Shown piece by piece: positions 12,636 to 23,823 of a stretch of DNA of 64,000 nt. Each line of letters opens with the position of its first letter. Position 1 is the stretch's first letter. A model generated the notes under the pieces. That model saw nothing but the letters and a program-made list of their open reading frames with translations. It was not told where the DNA came from and searched no databases. The stretch lies in assembly GCA_001179505.1 (NCBI GenBank), contig CDMY01000402.1:21792-85791 (forward strand), given 5' to 3'. The DNA is from Vitrella brassicaformis CCMP3155 (taxonomy: Eukaryota > Protista > Chromerida). The position numbers were made by a program, and so were the translations under genes.

Positions 12636-14192
12636 TGCGTTCGTTCATTAGGCGTGTGGTGGGTTGGGTAAGATCTGCAGTCACGTCACGTACCTCATCG
12701 GTCTCATCGTCGACCTCAAACACAAAGGCGTGTTTACCATCGCCCTCATCGCGCCTCACACCCACCCCACCGCCGCCAGCAGCCCCCCCACCGCCCACCC
12801 GGGCGTACACATAGCTGTTGGGCGGCCGCGCACTCACAGTCTGCTCGCACTCCCCCACATTGCCGTCAAACGACATGGTCGACACCAACGGGTCACCGGC
12901 AGCAACAGCAGCAGCTTGCTGTTGCTGCTGCTGCTGCTGGTCGAGGGATGCGAGTACCTTGGCCATCAGACCGCCCTCCATGCCGGGAGACGGGATGGGA
13001 GAGGCTCGTGCGGGCAGGAGGGGGTCGCCGGGAGACGGTAGCACGGCCGCGGGCAATGGCTCGCCGGGAAGGGCCGCCTGACATTGATTTGATTGATGCA
13101 GACAGACAGACAGACAGACAGACAGGGATGGTGAATGGTGAATGGTGTAGTATGGCGCGGCAAGGAGGGGGGAAGGGGTTTGTTTACCTGTGGTGTGCCA
13201 AGTTGCAGCAGCGGTGCGTAAGGTGAGGTCATGGCGGCTGATGGGTTGGCCGTCGCCAGGTTGGGCGAGAAGAACCGACTCAACGCCAGAAGCATCTCGG
13301 CAGAGCTGACACACAGACAGACACCGCACATACGCCGTATGTGCAACCATACATCCATCCTTCCCTTTGCACATAACATACGCCACGCACCGGCTCGGCT
13401 CACCCACCAGTCGAAAGATGAGGCCAGCATCGGTACCCCCCCCTTGTGGTGCGCGATGCCGCGGAGACTCCGCTGGTGCAGCCGATCGTACACTGTCTTG
13501 CGCAACAAGTCATCCTGACACACACACACACACAGACAAACACGTGTGACACACATGCTTGCCAAACATTGCCTTCACTACCACACGGCCATTGATGTTG
13601 ATGGGATGGGTGGGTCGTACCTACCTCAGCTTGTGCGGCTCCGCCTCTGATGATACGTGACACCCGTGGCGGCGCCTTGATGACGAGAGCCGACGGGGGC
13701 GGCAGCGGCTTGGCGTACACACCCGTGGCTGACGCAACCCCTGAATCGATCGGATCAATCAATGGGATAAGGAGGGAGGGAGAAAGGGAGGGAGGGAATG
13801 ACGTCTGTCTGTGTGGGTCGTCGGGTCGGGTGGCTGTGGTGGCCGTGTGCATGTGTTGTGTGGACCTACCGGCGATTGCACAGGGTCCGACGGACAGCTC
13901 CACTGTGAGGCCGAATGCACAGTTGACGCCCAGGATCTGCAGGCAGGCAGGCAGACACATTCTTGTAAACACATTACATTGAGAGAGGCATGTTGTATTG
14001 TGCAGCGCAGCTGCATAGCTACCCACGGCCCATGGAGGCAGGCAGCCATGTACCGACCTTCATCTTGTACATGAGTTGTCTGTGTAGGTCCAGCTCCAGG
14101 AAGGGCAGCGCCTGTGAGACCTCCATGGCGTGCGCCTCTCCTGACAGCTCACGCTTCATCCGACACACACGCGCCTCAACCAGCTGACCCCT

Positions 14193-14223
<31 letters not shown>

Positions 14224-17200
14224 GAGAGAGAGAGAGGCGCATGTGTTGACGTAGTCGGTGTGTACCTACCTGCCGGCGATGGGCAGCCCTTCTGGGCACT
14301 CTGTCGTGGCCAGCAGCATCGAAGGCACAGTGCCCTCCTCACACATCCTACACACACACCACACCACACCACATACAAATCATGTTTGTGGAGCACCCGG
14401 CCAGCCGGCCAGCCGGCCAGCGTGCCTACCTGCAGTTGGCCCGTTCGAAGGGGAAGCCCGCCCCCGACGCGCCGACGATGGCGCCCAGCGTCTCCTCAGG
14501 CAGATGCAGCAATGCACACGTACGCCCACGGCCTGCACACACATACACACGATTGTGACCACCATGTCTGTGGCCACCCACCACACACCACCCACACCTA
14601 TTTACCTGACGACACCCATCTGTTTGCGAAGGGGGGTGGTGCCGGGGGCGGCAGCGGCATCGCCCCATTCGCAGCATTGGAGACGGCGCCAGTCGTGGCA
14701 TTCATCCCACCGCCACCACTGACGCCACCACCAGCAACAGCAACCTCCTTGCCCACCGTCACCGTCCCCTCGAGTGTGCGCGACTCTTTCCTGTCGATGA
14801 TAACCGACTGACGGGAGGTGGCTGCGGCGGTGACGTTGGGCTGGCTAGTGATGGCGGCTGGTGGATGGTGTGTGAGTAGGGTGGCGCGGTGTCTGGGCGT
14901 GAGGACGGCAGCGGTGCCCATGGCTGAGAGTACGATGACGTCCTCGTGGATGGACACTCGCTCGGTGTAGCCGATGATGGAGTCGCACTTGAGGGCGGCA
15001 GCGTGGGCCCGCATCTGCATGCGATGCCATGCCATGCCCCGTCGCATATATGGGATGCATGGGGTGGGGGCAGGAGAGAGCAGAGGAGAGAGGAAAGGAA
15101 GGCGATTGCTGTGGGTCAGTCAGTCAGTGTGTGTGTGGCTGGGCTGGTGAGAGCTCACCTCGTCTCTCAGCTCCTGCCACCAGTAGTTCCGCTGATCCTG
15201 ACCGACACACACACACACACACACACAAGTATCCTGGCAAATCGACACGCACATCCATCCACCCCATAGATACGCACCAACCTGTGTGAGTTTGTTCTGC
15301 AGGAGTTTGACGCTCCTGGCAGCGACGATGCCGGCGAAGTGCATTGACAGCTCAGTGGGCAGCCGGTGCAGCGTGATGAGCTCAATGGTCTTGGGCGTGT
15401 AGACCGATCGGCCGATCAACGGCGGCAGAGACGTCGACCTCAGAGGCAGATCTGGCACGTAGAATGACGGGGCCTGGTGACCGTACGGACCTAGTGAAGT
15501 GAGGGAAATAAAAGGGGGAAAGATGATGACATGACCAGAGACAGAGGTGTTTGTTTGGATGGATGGTGGGCAGGGCACACCTGACTGACCTGCAGCGACG
15601 GGTGAGGCTGGGTAGAATGACGGTGTGTTGTATCCTCCAGGGACGGCCGGCAGCCCTGTGGTGGCCACAGACGGACGAGACGCACCACCTGTTCACACGC
15701 AGACATAGACACACAACACATGACAGACAGACGCATAGCATCCATGCGATGTGATGCGATGCGAGTGTGTGCATGTGAATTGCAATGCACCCACCTTACC
15801 TACCTTGCTGTTTTGGCGATGGTGTGGCGACGGCAGGCTTCTTCTCGCCCCCTACGGCTGGCACAGGTGCCTCAAGTGTCTGTGCCGGCTCGGCCTCCCT
15901 CTCCCTCTGGACAACCCGCCCGCCGCCCTCCTCAACCATCTCCATCGTCAGCGACGGACCTACACACAACACAACACAACACAGTCCATGCCGTGTAGAT
16001 GTGTGTCCGGCCTGGCTTGGTGCTGTCTGTCGCCTCCCTGCCACCCTGCCACCCTGCCACCCTAGCTAGCTACCTACCATTCAGCTGCACCCCCTGTTTG
16101 TCGCTTTTGTTGTCTCTGTCTTCCTCGTTGATATCGGTGTCGGTTTCCTCCTCTGTCAGATTGATGGTGTCGGCCTCCTGCAGTGGCCGGCCAGCGCCGG
16201 GGTGGTCGCCCTCATCCGATGCCGACGACTGCCCGGCCGCTCGCCGCACCGGGGGAACGGGCATCGCCTGCCGGGGGTCCTCGTCGAGATTGCCGCTGCC
16301 CGTCGAATCTGATGGATGGATGGATGGATGACGTCACACACATCACATCACTGCGTGCATTGCTGTGTGTGTGCGTGCCGTGGCGTACCAGCGCTGAGTT
16401 TCCGTCTTGGTAGAAGGAATGCCTGCAGGTTGCCGCTGGTCAGGTGGCTGGCAGGGGGGCCTAGCCGCACGGCCGTTCCGAAGTTGCGGATGCATATCCT
16501 GCACACAACACATGACATCACATGCCCCGCCCCCAACCACACACACACACACACACAAACAAACCGGCAAATCCAACGAACACACACGACGTGACAGGAG
16601 ATGAGGTGTGTCGAGTGCACTGCACATACATACCTGTCAGTGACATCGCCCTCAAGGTCGACGCATTCGGTGTAGCCCAGGACGGCGTTGGCTCCCATTT
16701 GCTGGGCCTTCTTGCCCAACTGACGCCGTGTCTGCATCGCCGACGTCTGCAGCACACTCCGACGGGCCTCGTTGGAAAACCTGACACCACACGACACAGA
16801 CAGACATCGACACAGTATATACGTATCGTATCCTCGACGTGTGTGTATCTATACCTGCTGGATCTGATGAGGTCCTTCCAGTCATATTCGGGGTCAGCCA
16901 CCACACTCAGCTCATCCTACACACACATAACAAACATCCACACATATGCACACGTGTTCACACACAGGCTTTGCCCTGCACATGGCCTGCCTGTCTGGAT
17001 GCCTGTCTGTCTGTCTGTCTGTCTGTCAATGAATGACTCGGACTGACCACGAATCCGAGAATCTGTTCGACTCTGTGGATGTGCTGCTGCGGTGGTGCGG
17101 ATATGGAGAAGAACTGCACACCCACCGACGACTCGCGGAAGGGATTCAACTCCTCTACAAACTCCAACTTGACCACCAAAAATATCTGACCTGGTGGAGT

Positions 17201-17964
17201 GCATTGCAACCACAGAGGAACCAACAAACCATATCGACTCCACAGAGATGCGATCACATAGAGTGTGGCCGGGCCGGGCCGCCTGCCCTGCCTGCCTGAT
17301 CTATTCATTGGCTGACCCTGCATGCCCCTGAGGGTGTCGTAAATCGGAAGCCACCCCTCGTATCGGTTCTCGTTGTGGATCAGCAGGGGGGTGAGGTCGA
17401 CGTCCAAGTCGCCTATCACCTGACCCTCAGCCTCGCTCACCTAAGCACACACACACACACGGACCCAAGTGGGTGCATTTGCAGGTGTGCCTGCCTGGCG
17501 GCCTGTACAGTACTGACCTCGAGTTTAAGAGGCGAGTCCTGTAGCTCAGAGTCGTCTGCCACCTCGATGCGGAAGGGCTGATCCCACACAGGGTCAGTGC
17601 GACGACGAACTGACCGATGAATGAACACACGGGTAGACGAATGGTGCATGGTGGGACGTGGGTGAGCCTGTCCATCTGCCAATCCCACTTACCTGTCGTG
17701 GTGCGCTGACGGAAGAACTCTCCAAAGGAGACCTGTCCCCCCAGACCAGATGGACACGCAATCAGCACACACACACACTAGTGAATGCATTGATTTCGTG
17801 GGCACGCACCGTGTGACACTGTCCTTCCTTGACCGATTGTCTGTCTGTCATGGTTGTGTGGCGTGTGTCCTTACATCTACATAGCTATCGACGGAGGTGT
17901 CGGTCTTGTCCCGGACAGGCAGGCCGCGGGCGGCTACCACACGCACCTTGATGGTGCACGGCAT
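9824..17964 (-). CDS. C2CD5: C2 domain-containing protein 5 (C2CD5/CDP138) homolog with many exons and low-complexity insertions
   Basis: N-terminus MPCTIKVRVVAARGLPVRDK. Internal motifs DPVWDQPFRIEVADDSELQDSPL, EGWLPIYDTLRG, VKLEF....NPFRESSVGVQFF, DPEYDWKD..R, RRQLGKKAQQMGANAVLGY.ECVDLEGD. C-terminus QAYAVLNICGDAV. Exact internal exon boundaries are not fully resolved. Confidence 0.9.
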
Positions 17965-18583
17965 CCCATCCACTCACTCAGCACAGCCAATCACTCAGTG
18001 GACAAAGTTCCTCACACCTGGACAGACAGATCTCACGCGTACATTACATGACCGGATGCATCAACTCATCAAAAGAGAGATGCATTCCATGCCCTAGCTA
18101 GGAGTCCGCTGCTGTTGGTTCCTGTGCTTGAAGGGTCTTTCCTTCTGACGTCTGCGAGCTTAGATAGCATTCAGTTCATAGATCGAATCCATCCCAGAAA
18201 TCCCGCCAGTCTGTGCACACCGAGTCCGCATGCACCACCCAGAAAAGGCGAAAACGGTCGCGCATGCTCATTGTATCAGCTATGGCTTCACGTCACACAA
18301 ACGTGCAGTGCACGGCACAGCAAGACAGACAGACAGACAGACACAAATAAACAGCACAGCCACCCCGGGTGCTCATCTCATCTCATCTCACATCACATCA
18401 CACGTCACGTCACGTCATCTTCTTTCGGGTCGGGTGGCTTGGCTCGCCCACTCATATTCACTCACTCAGCACAAGACACACAGCCTGACTCGACCAAAGC
18501 CAAAGCAGTCCGTCCATCTCGTCAGTCCCATCTCGTGAATCACATGTTTGCACAGCCAGCTAGCTACTGTCCTGTCCGTGGTG

Positions 18584-19718
18584 TTATCCGAACCATTCCT
18601 GCGAGTGTCTGTACCACTCAGTCCACCTGCCTAGCAAGGTCTCCCACCGCCTCCGCCTCCGCGACACCTTGGCCTCCTCGCTCTCGGCCTCCTCCTCCTC
18701 ACGACGCGCCTCCCACTCCTCCTTCTCCTAAACCATACATACAAGACAAGACGACACATCATTGATTGATCCACATCTGCCTATGCCTGCCTGCCTGCCT
18801 GGTGCGTGTGACGTGAGCAGTTGCTTAAGGCTGTGTTTGTTGTGTAGGTACCTTGATGATGAGGAGTGCCGCCTGCATGGTGACCCACATGTTGAGTGGG
18901 ATGAGGAAGGGCAGGAAGACCTTCCACAAGATGAAGGTCTCCATCAGGCCAAACACAAAGTGCCGCGACTCCATCTGCAGGAACCGCGGGATGGGCTGCA
19001 TCACCCGCCACTTGGCCGCCTTCATGGCCTTCTGGTAGATCCAGTCCTCTATTCTCGCGTAGTACGGCAGGCAACGCACATTGGCACGGAACGATGGGAT
19101 CCGGTAGTAGAGCTGAGCTAGGGGGCGATTCCTGGCGCACAGGAGCAGCAAGGTGCCCCATTCCAACCAGAAGACAGAGTTGAACCCCACAAAGGCACTG
19201 ATCTGGTGGACACGCCAGACAGACCAGACACACCACACAACCACACAGCAAGTAGATGAATGACATAAACACATCGACAGTCAGGCGGGCGCCATTGCAA
19301 TCAGTGCGGCGGGTGCCCGCATGCCATCTATGCATACCATGGCTGTGCCATCGAGGTCGTTGTGCTGACAGAAGTCCACCAGCCCCTCCCCGTCAGCCAA
19401 CCCAACGCTCTCCCGTATCCGCCGCATGCATGACGACCACCAGCTGCGCCTGCCTCCTCCCTCCTTCTCACTCAGTCCATCGTTGCTGTCGTCAGACGGC
19501 TGACATGCTGCCACGTTTGTTGCCGATAAGCGGCGCCGCAAGCGGGATGAGATGCGCCATCGGGCAGCCCTTGCTGCAAGAAACGCAGTGACGTCACTTT
19601 GTGACGGGCTCGCGGACGGCTGATCCGCATCTGCAGGTGGGCATGTTGGGCTGTCTGTGCGGCGGCTCACGAGGTACCCATGGGCTTGCCTCAGGCTGCC
19701 GACGAGCTGACTCGTCAT
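18584..19718 (-). CDS. Hypothetical membrane protein, 3 exons (19718-19338, 19202-~18848, 18727-18584)
   Basis: The splice path is consistent and gives ...DFCQHNDLDGTAM|ISAFVGFNSVFWLEWGTLLLLC...FVFGLMETFILWKVFLPFLIPLNMWVTMQAALLIIK|EKEEWEARR...WFG*. It has two or three hydrophobic segments and an Arg/Ser-rich N-terminus. No family was recognised. Confidence 0.65.
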
Positions 19719-20150
19719 GCCTTCATTCGGGCACCGATAGTTGACGCGGAAGGCGCTTCATCGTCTTGATCTACAGCAAAGCCGCATCATCACCACACTG
19801 CGCTCGCAGATCTACGCGCACGGCGTTGCGGACTTGCGAGCTCATCTGCGAGCTCAATCAAAGGAGAGATCAAAAAGCGAACGTCAAACCAACAAGGAAC
19901 GTGACGGGGGCGAAGAAGTTGTGGCGAAAAGCTGCCGGCAATTCTTCGTTGTCTTTGGTCTTCGCAAGTCTTTGCTCCACAGCCTGTGTGGCCATATCCA
20001 GTGGTGTGTGGCCTGCCGCTGATGTGCGAGGCGCCGTCACCGGCCAGAACGCCGCCACAGGCACGCTTGTGTGAGAGTGAAACGCCTGTGGACCCCTCCC
20101 CCCTTATCTCCGGCTCTCGGAAGCAGTCAAGACGCCTCAGGCTGTCAGCT

Positions 20151-22211
20151 ATGACGTGGCTTCCGTCCACCTTTGCCGCAGCCCTCCTGGTGCTGCTGTT
20201 GAGCGGCTCCCCTTTGTCGGTGTGTGGTGGTAAGGCGAAGGGTTCGATGGCGATGGAGGTGTCCCAGGCGGATTTTGACAAGCACATCAAGGAGAGTCCC
20301 TATGTGATGGTGATGTTTTACGCGCCCTGGTGCTACTGGTCCCGCATGCTGCTCCCCGACTACGACAAGGCGGCGGAGAAGCTGGCCATGCACGACCCGC
20401 CCGTCAAGCTGATCAAGGTCGACTGCACCAGGAACTTCGTGGTGGCTGAGAAGTATGGTGTGCACGAGTACCCCACTCTCAAGTTCTTCACGGACGGCAG
20501 CATCCACGAGTACCACGGCGGGCGGGGCGTCAACGAGATCGTCAACTGGGTCAATCGTCAATTGGAGAAGGAGCACTACATATCGACTCAGAGCGAGATG
20601 GACAGCCTGGTCAGCCACAGCGACCTCTCGGTCGTCCTCATCTATCCTGCGGGATACGACAAGACCGACTTCACTAGGATCGCCCGCCACTACGACGACG
20701 TGCTCTTTCTGGACACCAACAACACCGACCTCGCCGACCCGCTCCAGTCGCGATACGACCTGCCTAGGCGCAACCCGCCGTTCGTCTTCATGATAACGCC
20801 CCATGACAAGGTGGGTGAGAAGAAGGTCGTCATGTACGACGGGGACCTCACCGACCACCACCAGCTGGATATCTTCGTCACGTCGATGCGCTTCCCCGCC
20901 CTGGTGCCCTTCACCAGCGACAACGCCCAGCGGCTGTTCAAGGACGGCAGGCCCATATTCGTGTATCTGAGGGAGGGGGGCGATGACAAGAAGGACGAGC
21001 CAGTGCCCGAGATGGTCAGGAGGGTCGCCACCGACTTCAGGGGGGCGCTGCTGTTCACCGTCTCGGGGACCACGGAGCCGCACGAGAAGAGGCTGCTCGG
21101 TGAGCCACCTCACCTGAGGGGCGACAGGGACATGTATGTGTGCAGGGGCTGGGTTGGATGGATGTGTCCATATGTGTGGTGTGTATGTCAGAGCTGATTG
21201 GTGCCGATGAGGAGGTGTATCCTGCCGTGCGCATCATCACTCTCAATCCATCGGGACACGGACACTACCACCCGGCGGTATATATGCACACGCACACACG
21301 AAACCCTCCAGCGCTCAGACACATGCCGTGTGTGAATCTCTGTGTGCGCGTGCAGCTCAAGTACCGTTACGGCGGGACCATGACTGAGCCTTTGCTGCGG
21401 CAGTTCGTCTTTGACTTCCAGGCAGGCTCCCTCACGCCATTCATGAAGTCCGAGCCAGTGCCAGACGACGACGGACTGAGTAAGACACGGAGGGAGGGAG
21501 GGAGGGAGGGAGGGAGGCATGGATGGATGTGCGACAGGTCCCGTGACAACGATAGTGGGCAGCACGTTCGAGCGGATCGTCAAGAACCCCAACAAAGACG
21601 TACTCGTCGAATTCTATGCGCCATGGTGAGACAGACAGAGAGCGAGGCAGCAAGCAGGGAGGGAGAAGTGCATCGGTCAACAGCAGTGTTGTATGGATGT
21701 GTATGTATGTGTGTGTATGTGTGTGCAGGTGCGGTCACTGTCGTAAGCTGGAGCCAATCTACAAGCAGTTCGCCAAGAAGGTCGCCCGTGTGCCCACCGT
21801 CACCGTCGCCAAGATCGATGCCACGAGAAACGAAGTCCCCAAAATGCAAATCCGTAAGACCACACACCGCACAGCACAGCATGGATCCCCCCCACTTATA
21901 TCTGCCTTGTACGGATGTGTGTTTCAGGTGCGTATCCGACCCTGTTGCTGTTCCCTGCCAAGAACAAGGATCACCCGATTGAGCACAGAGGCGAGCGGAC
22001 AGAGGACGGACTCGTCAACTTCCTCCTGCAACACGTGAGGACGAACACCACACCACACAGCAACACCACGTCGATAACTTCTAATGTGTGTTCGTGGTGT
22101 CGCTGGCTGCATCTATGTCAATGACCTCAGGCGTCGTTCAAGTTCGACAAATCGTTGCTGGATAAGGTCGAGGAGGACGACGATGATTTCTACTTCGAGC
22201 AAGACCTGTAG
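20151..22211 (+). CDS. Protein disulfide isomerase (a-b-b'-a'), with WCYWS in domain a, WCGHC in domain a', signal peptide and C-terminal EQDL
   Basis: VMFYAPWCYWSR...VKLIKVDCT...YPTLKFF; VLVEFYAPW|CGHCRKLEPIY...VAKIDATRNE...YPTLLLFPA; acidic tail DDDDFYFEQDL* (KDEL-like). Confidence 0.93.
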
Positions 22212-23419
22212 CCTGCCTGTAGCTCGACATATTGGTCTCTCTTGCGCGTGTATGGATGGACCGACCGACATGGCCTCTGCCGGACATGTGGGCGGCGGTG
22301 CTCTCCTTTTTTCTTGTCTCTTTTCTTCTCGTCTCATCTCATCTCATCTCAGTCTTGTTTGCTTAAGGTGTACATTCGTAGCGTTTTTGACGCTGTGGGC
22401 GTCAAGCAGACCTCCAGACGGCAAGTGAATGAGTGTGTCGGTGGTCCCGGCTGCTGCAGAAGCAGCCCATGTGGGGCACAGATGGGGGACGCGATGCATA
22501 CAGACAGAGACAGACAGGGAGGGGTCTCTCTCACCCACCCATGCACCATCCGGATTCTCTCTCATCGGGTGTTCAAGTCAGGTCAGCTGTGATGAAGTTT
22601 TCTCGTACGTGGCTCCGTGCGCTGTGGAGGCAGCCGGCCGTAGACGGTTTTTTGGCCTGACTGGGTCGACCCCTCCTCTACTTCTGTGTACACGACGAGA
22701 GGATCTGTATGCTCGCTCCATCCACTCCATGTCTGCGTGCGAAGTGTGTAACTGCCTTGGCTTGGTGGGCTCACTTGTGCCTCTCTCCCTCTCTGTATCT
22801 CCCCCCTCTGCGCCTCTGTCTACATGTGTGTCTGTGTCCATGTTGACATTCGCAATTCGAGAGCTGACACGCATCCCTCCATGTACGGCTGATGTGCGCA
22901 CACACGGTGCGTGGCGGCAGCTGTGGCGGTGCGTGTGAGTGATGCACGTGTGCAAACCTGGATGGATGGGTTGAGCATTGGTGTTGCATGTCTGGTATGT
23001 GTGCAGTGAAGAGTCGGCACACGCGACATGAGTGCCTGCATGTGTGAGAGTCCGTATGTAAGCTAGAGTGCAGACGTGGTCAAGACCTTGTCGGCTGTGT
23101 CCGTGTGCGTGTGACCCTGACGCATGCTCGTGTCTCACGTGATTTCCTCTGTCGTTCGAATCCGCCTCCGATTTACAGAGAAATTCTCTTCCCTCGGTAC
23201 TGCAGCCAATTGGAGGGACTTCTTGAGCGACGCCCGCTCCCTCGTCACCGCCTGCCGGTGCGCCAACGACATTCGAGCTCCGTCATCTCATCATGACGTT
23301 TGATACATGTAGCAGGGTTTAGGGTTTGTCGAGAAATCCTCGAGATGTGACGGATTGTCGGGCATTTTGGGTTTTTTGACGAGCTGCCCATCTGCTTCCT
23401 CTCCTCGCCGCCCCATAGG

Positions 23420-23822
23420 ACCGTTCAGTGCGGGGCGCCTGCTATGAAGACATGTACAAGACTATTAGTCGATGTATGCTACAAAGTGGACCGCAAGTTC
23501 AGCGGACTCGCACGCACCTGCGGCATTCTCATCAACACCGTCAACCGATACCTGACCGAGGCGGTCATCGATCTGAGCATCGCCAAGATCCCCGATGCCT
23601 TCCAAAGAGCCAGGCATACGCAACCAAGATATACAGCATCGTCAGGGTCAGCAAGAACGAGGCGGGATGTCCATCGATGTGTGCGCACTCTGTCTGCATG
23701 GCATGCAGCTCGATGAGATGATTGGCACGCAACTCACGATACTCGAGGCCCACATGGCGGAGCGAAAGATGCTGTCCGACGTCTTCGCCGGCCTCATGGC
23801 CATCTACCACCCCGTCCTCTAG
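23420..23822 (+). pseudogene. Degenerate coding remnant upstream of the coiled-coil gene
   Basis: Protein-like stretches lie in changing frames (ACYEDMYKTISR / KVDRKFSGLARTCGILINTVNRYLTEAVIDLSIAKIPDAF / LDEMIGTQLTILEAHMAERKMLSDVFAGLMAIY) and cannot be joined without frameshifts. Confidence 0.35.
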
Positions 23823-23823
23823 A

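Noticed and set aside
12440-12940. Poly-Gln/CAG tracts and Cys/Val-rich ORFs in the ORF track
   Set aside because: The poly-Q tracts are ordinary low-complexity inserts in C2CD5. The many CVCVCV and THTHTH ORFs are translations of intronic (TG)n/(CA)n.
23153-23163. GTTCGAATCC, a tRNA T-loop/B-box-like motif
   Set aside because: The flanks cannot form a T-stem (only one base pair), and there is no acceptor stem or cloverleaf.
22433-23300. Short ORFs between the PDI and coiled-coil loci
   Set aside because: No motifs and no consistent exon chain; much of it is TG/CA repeat.
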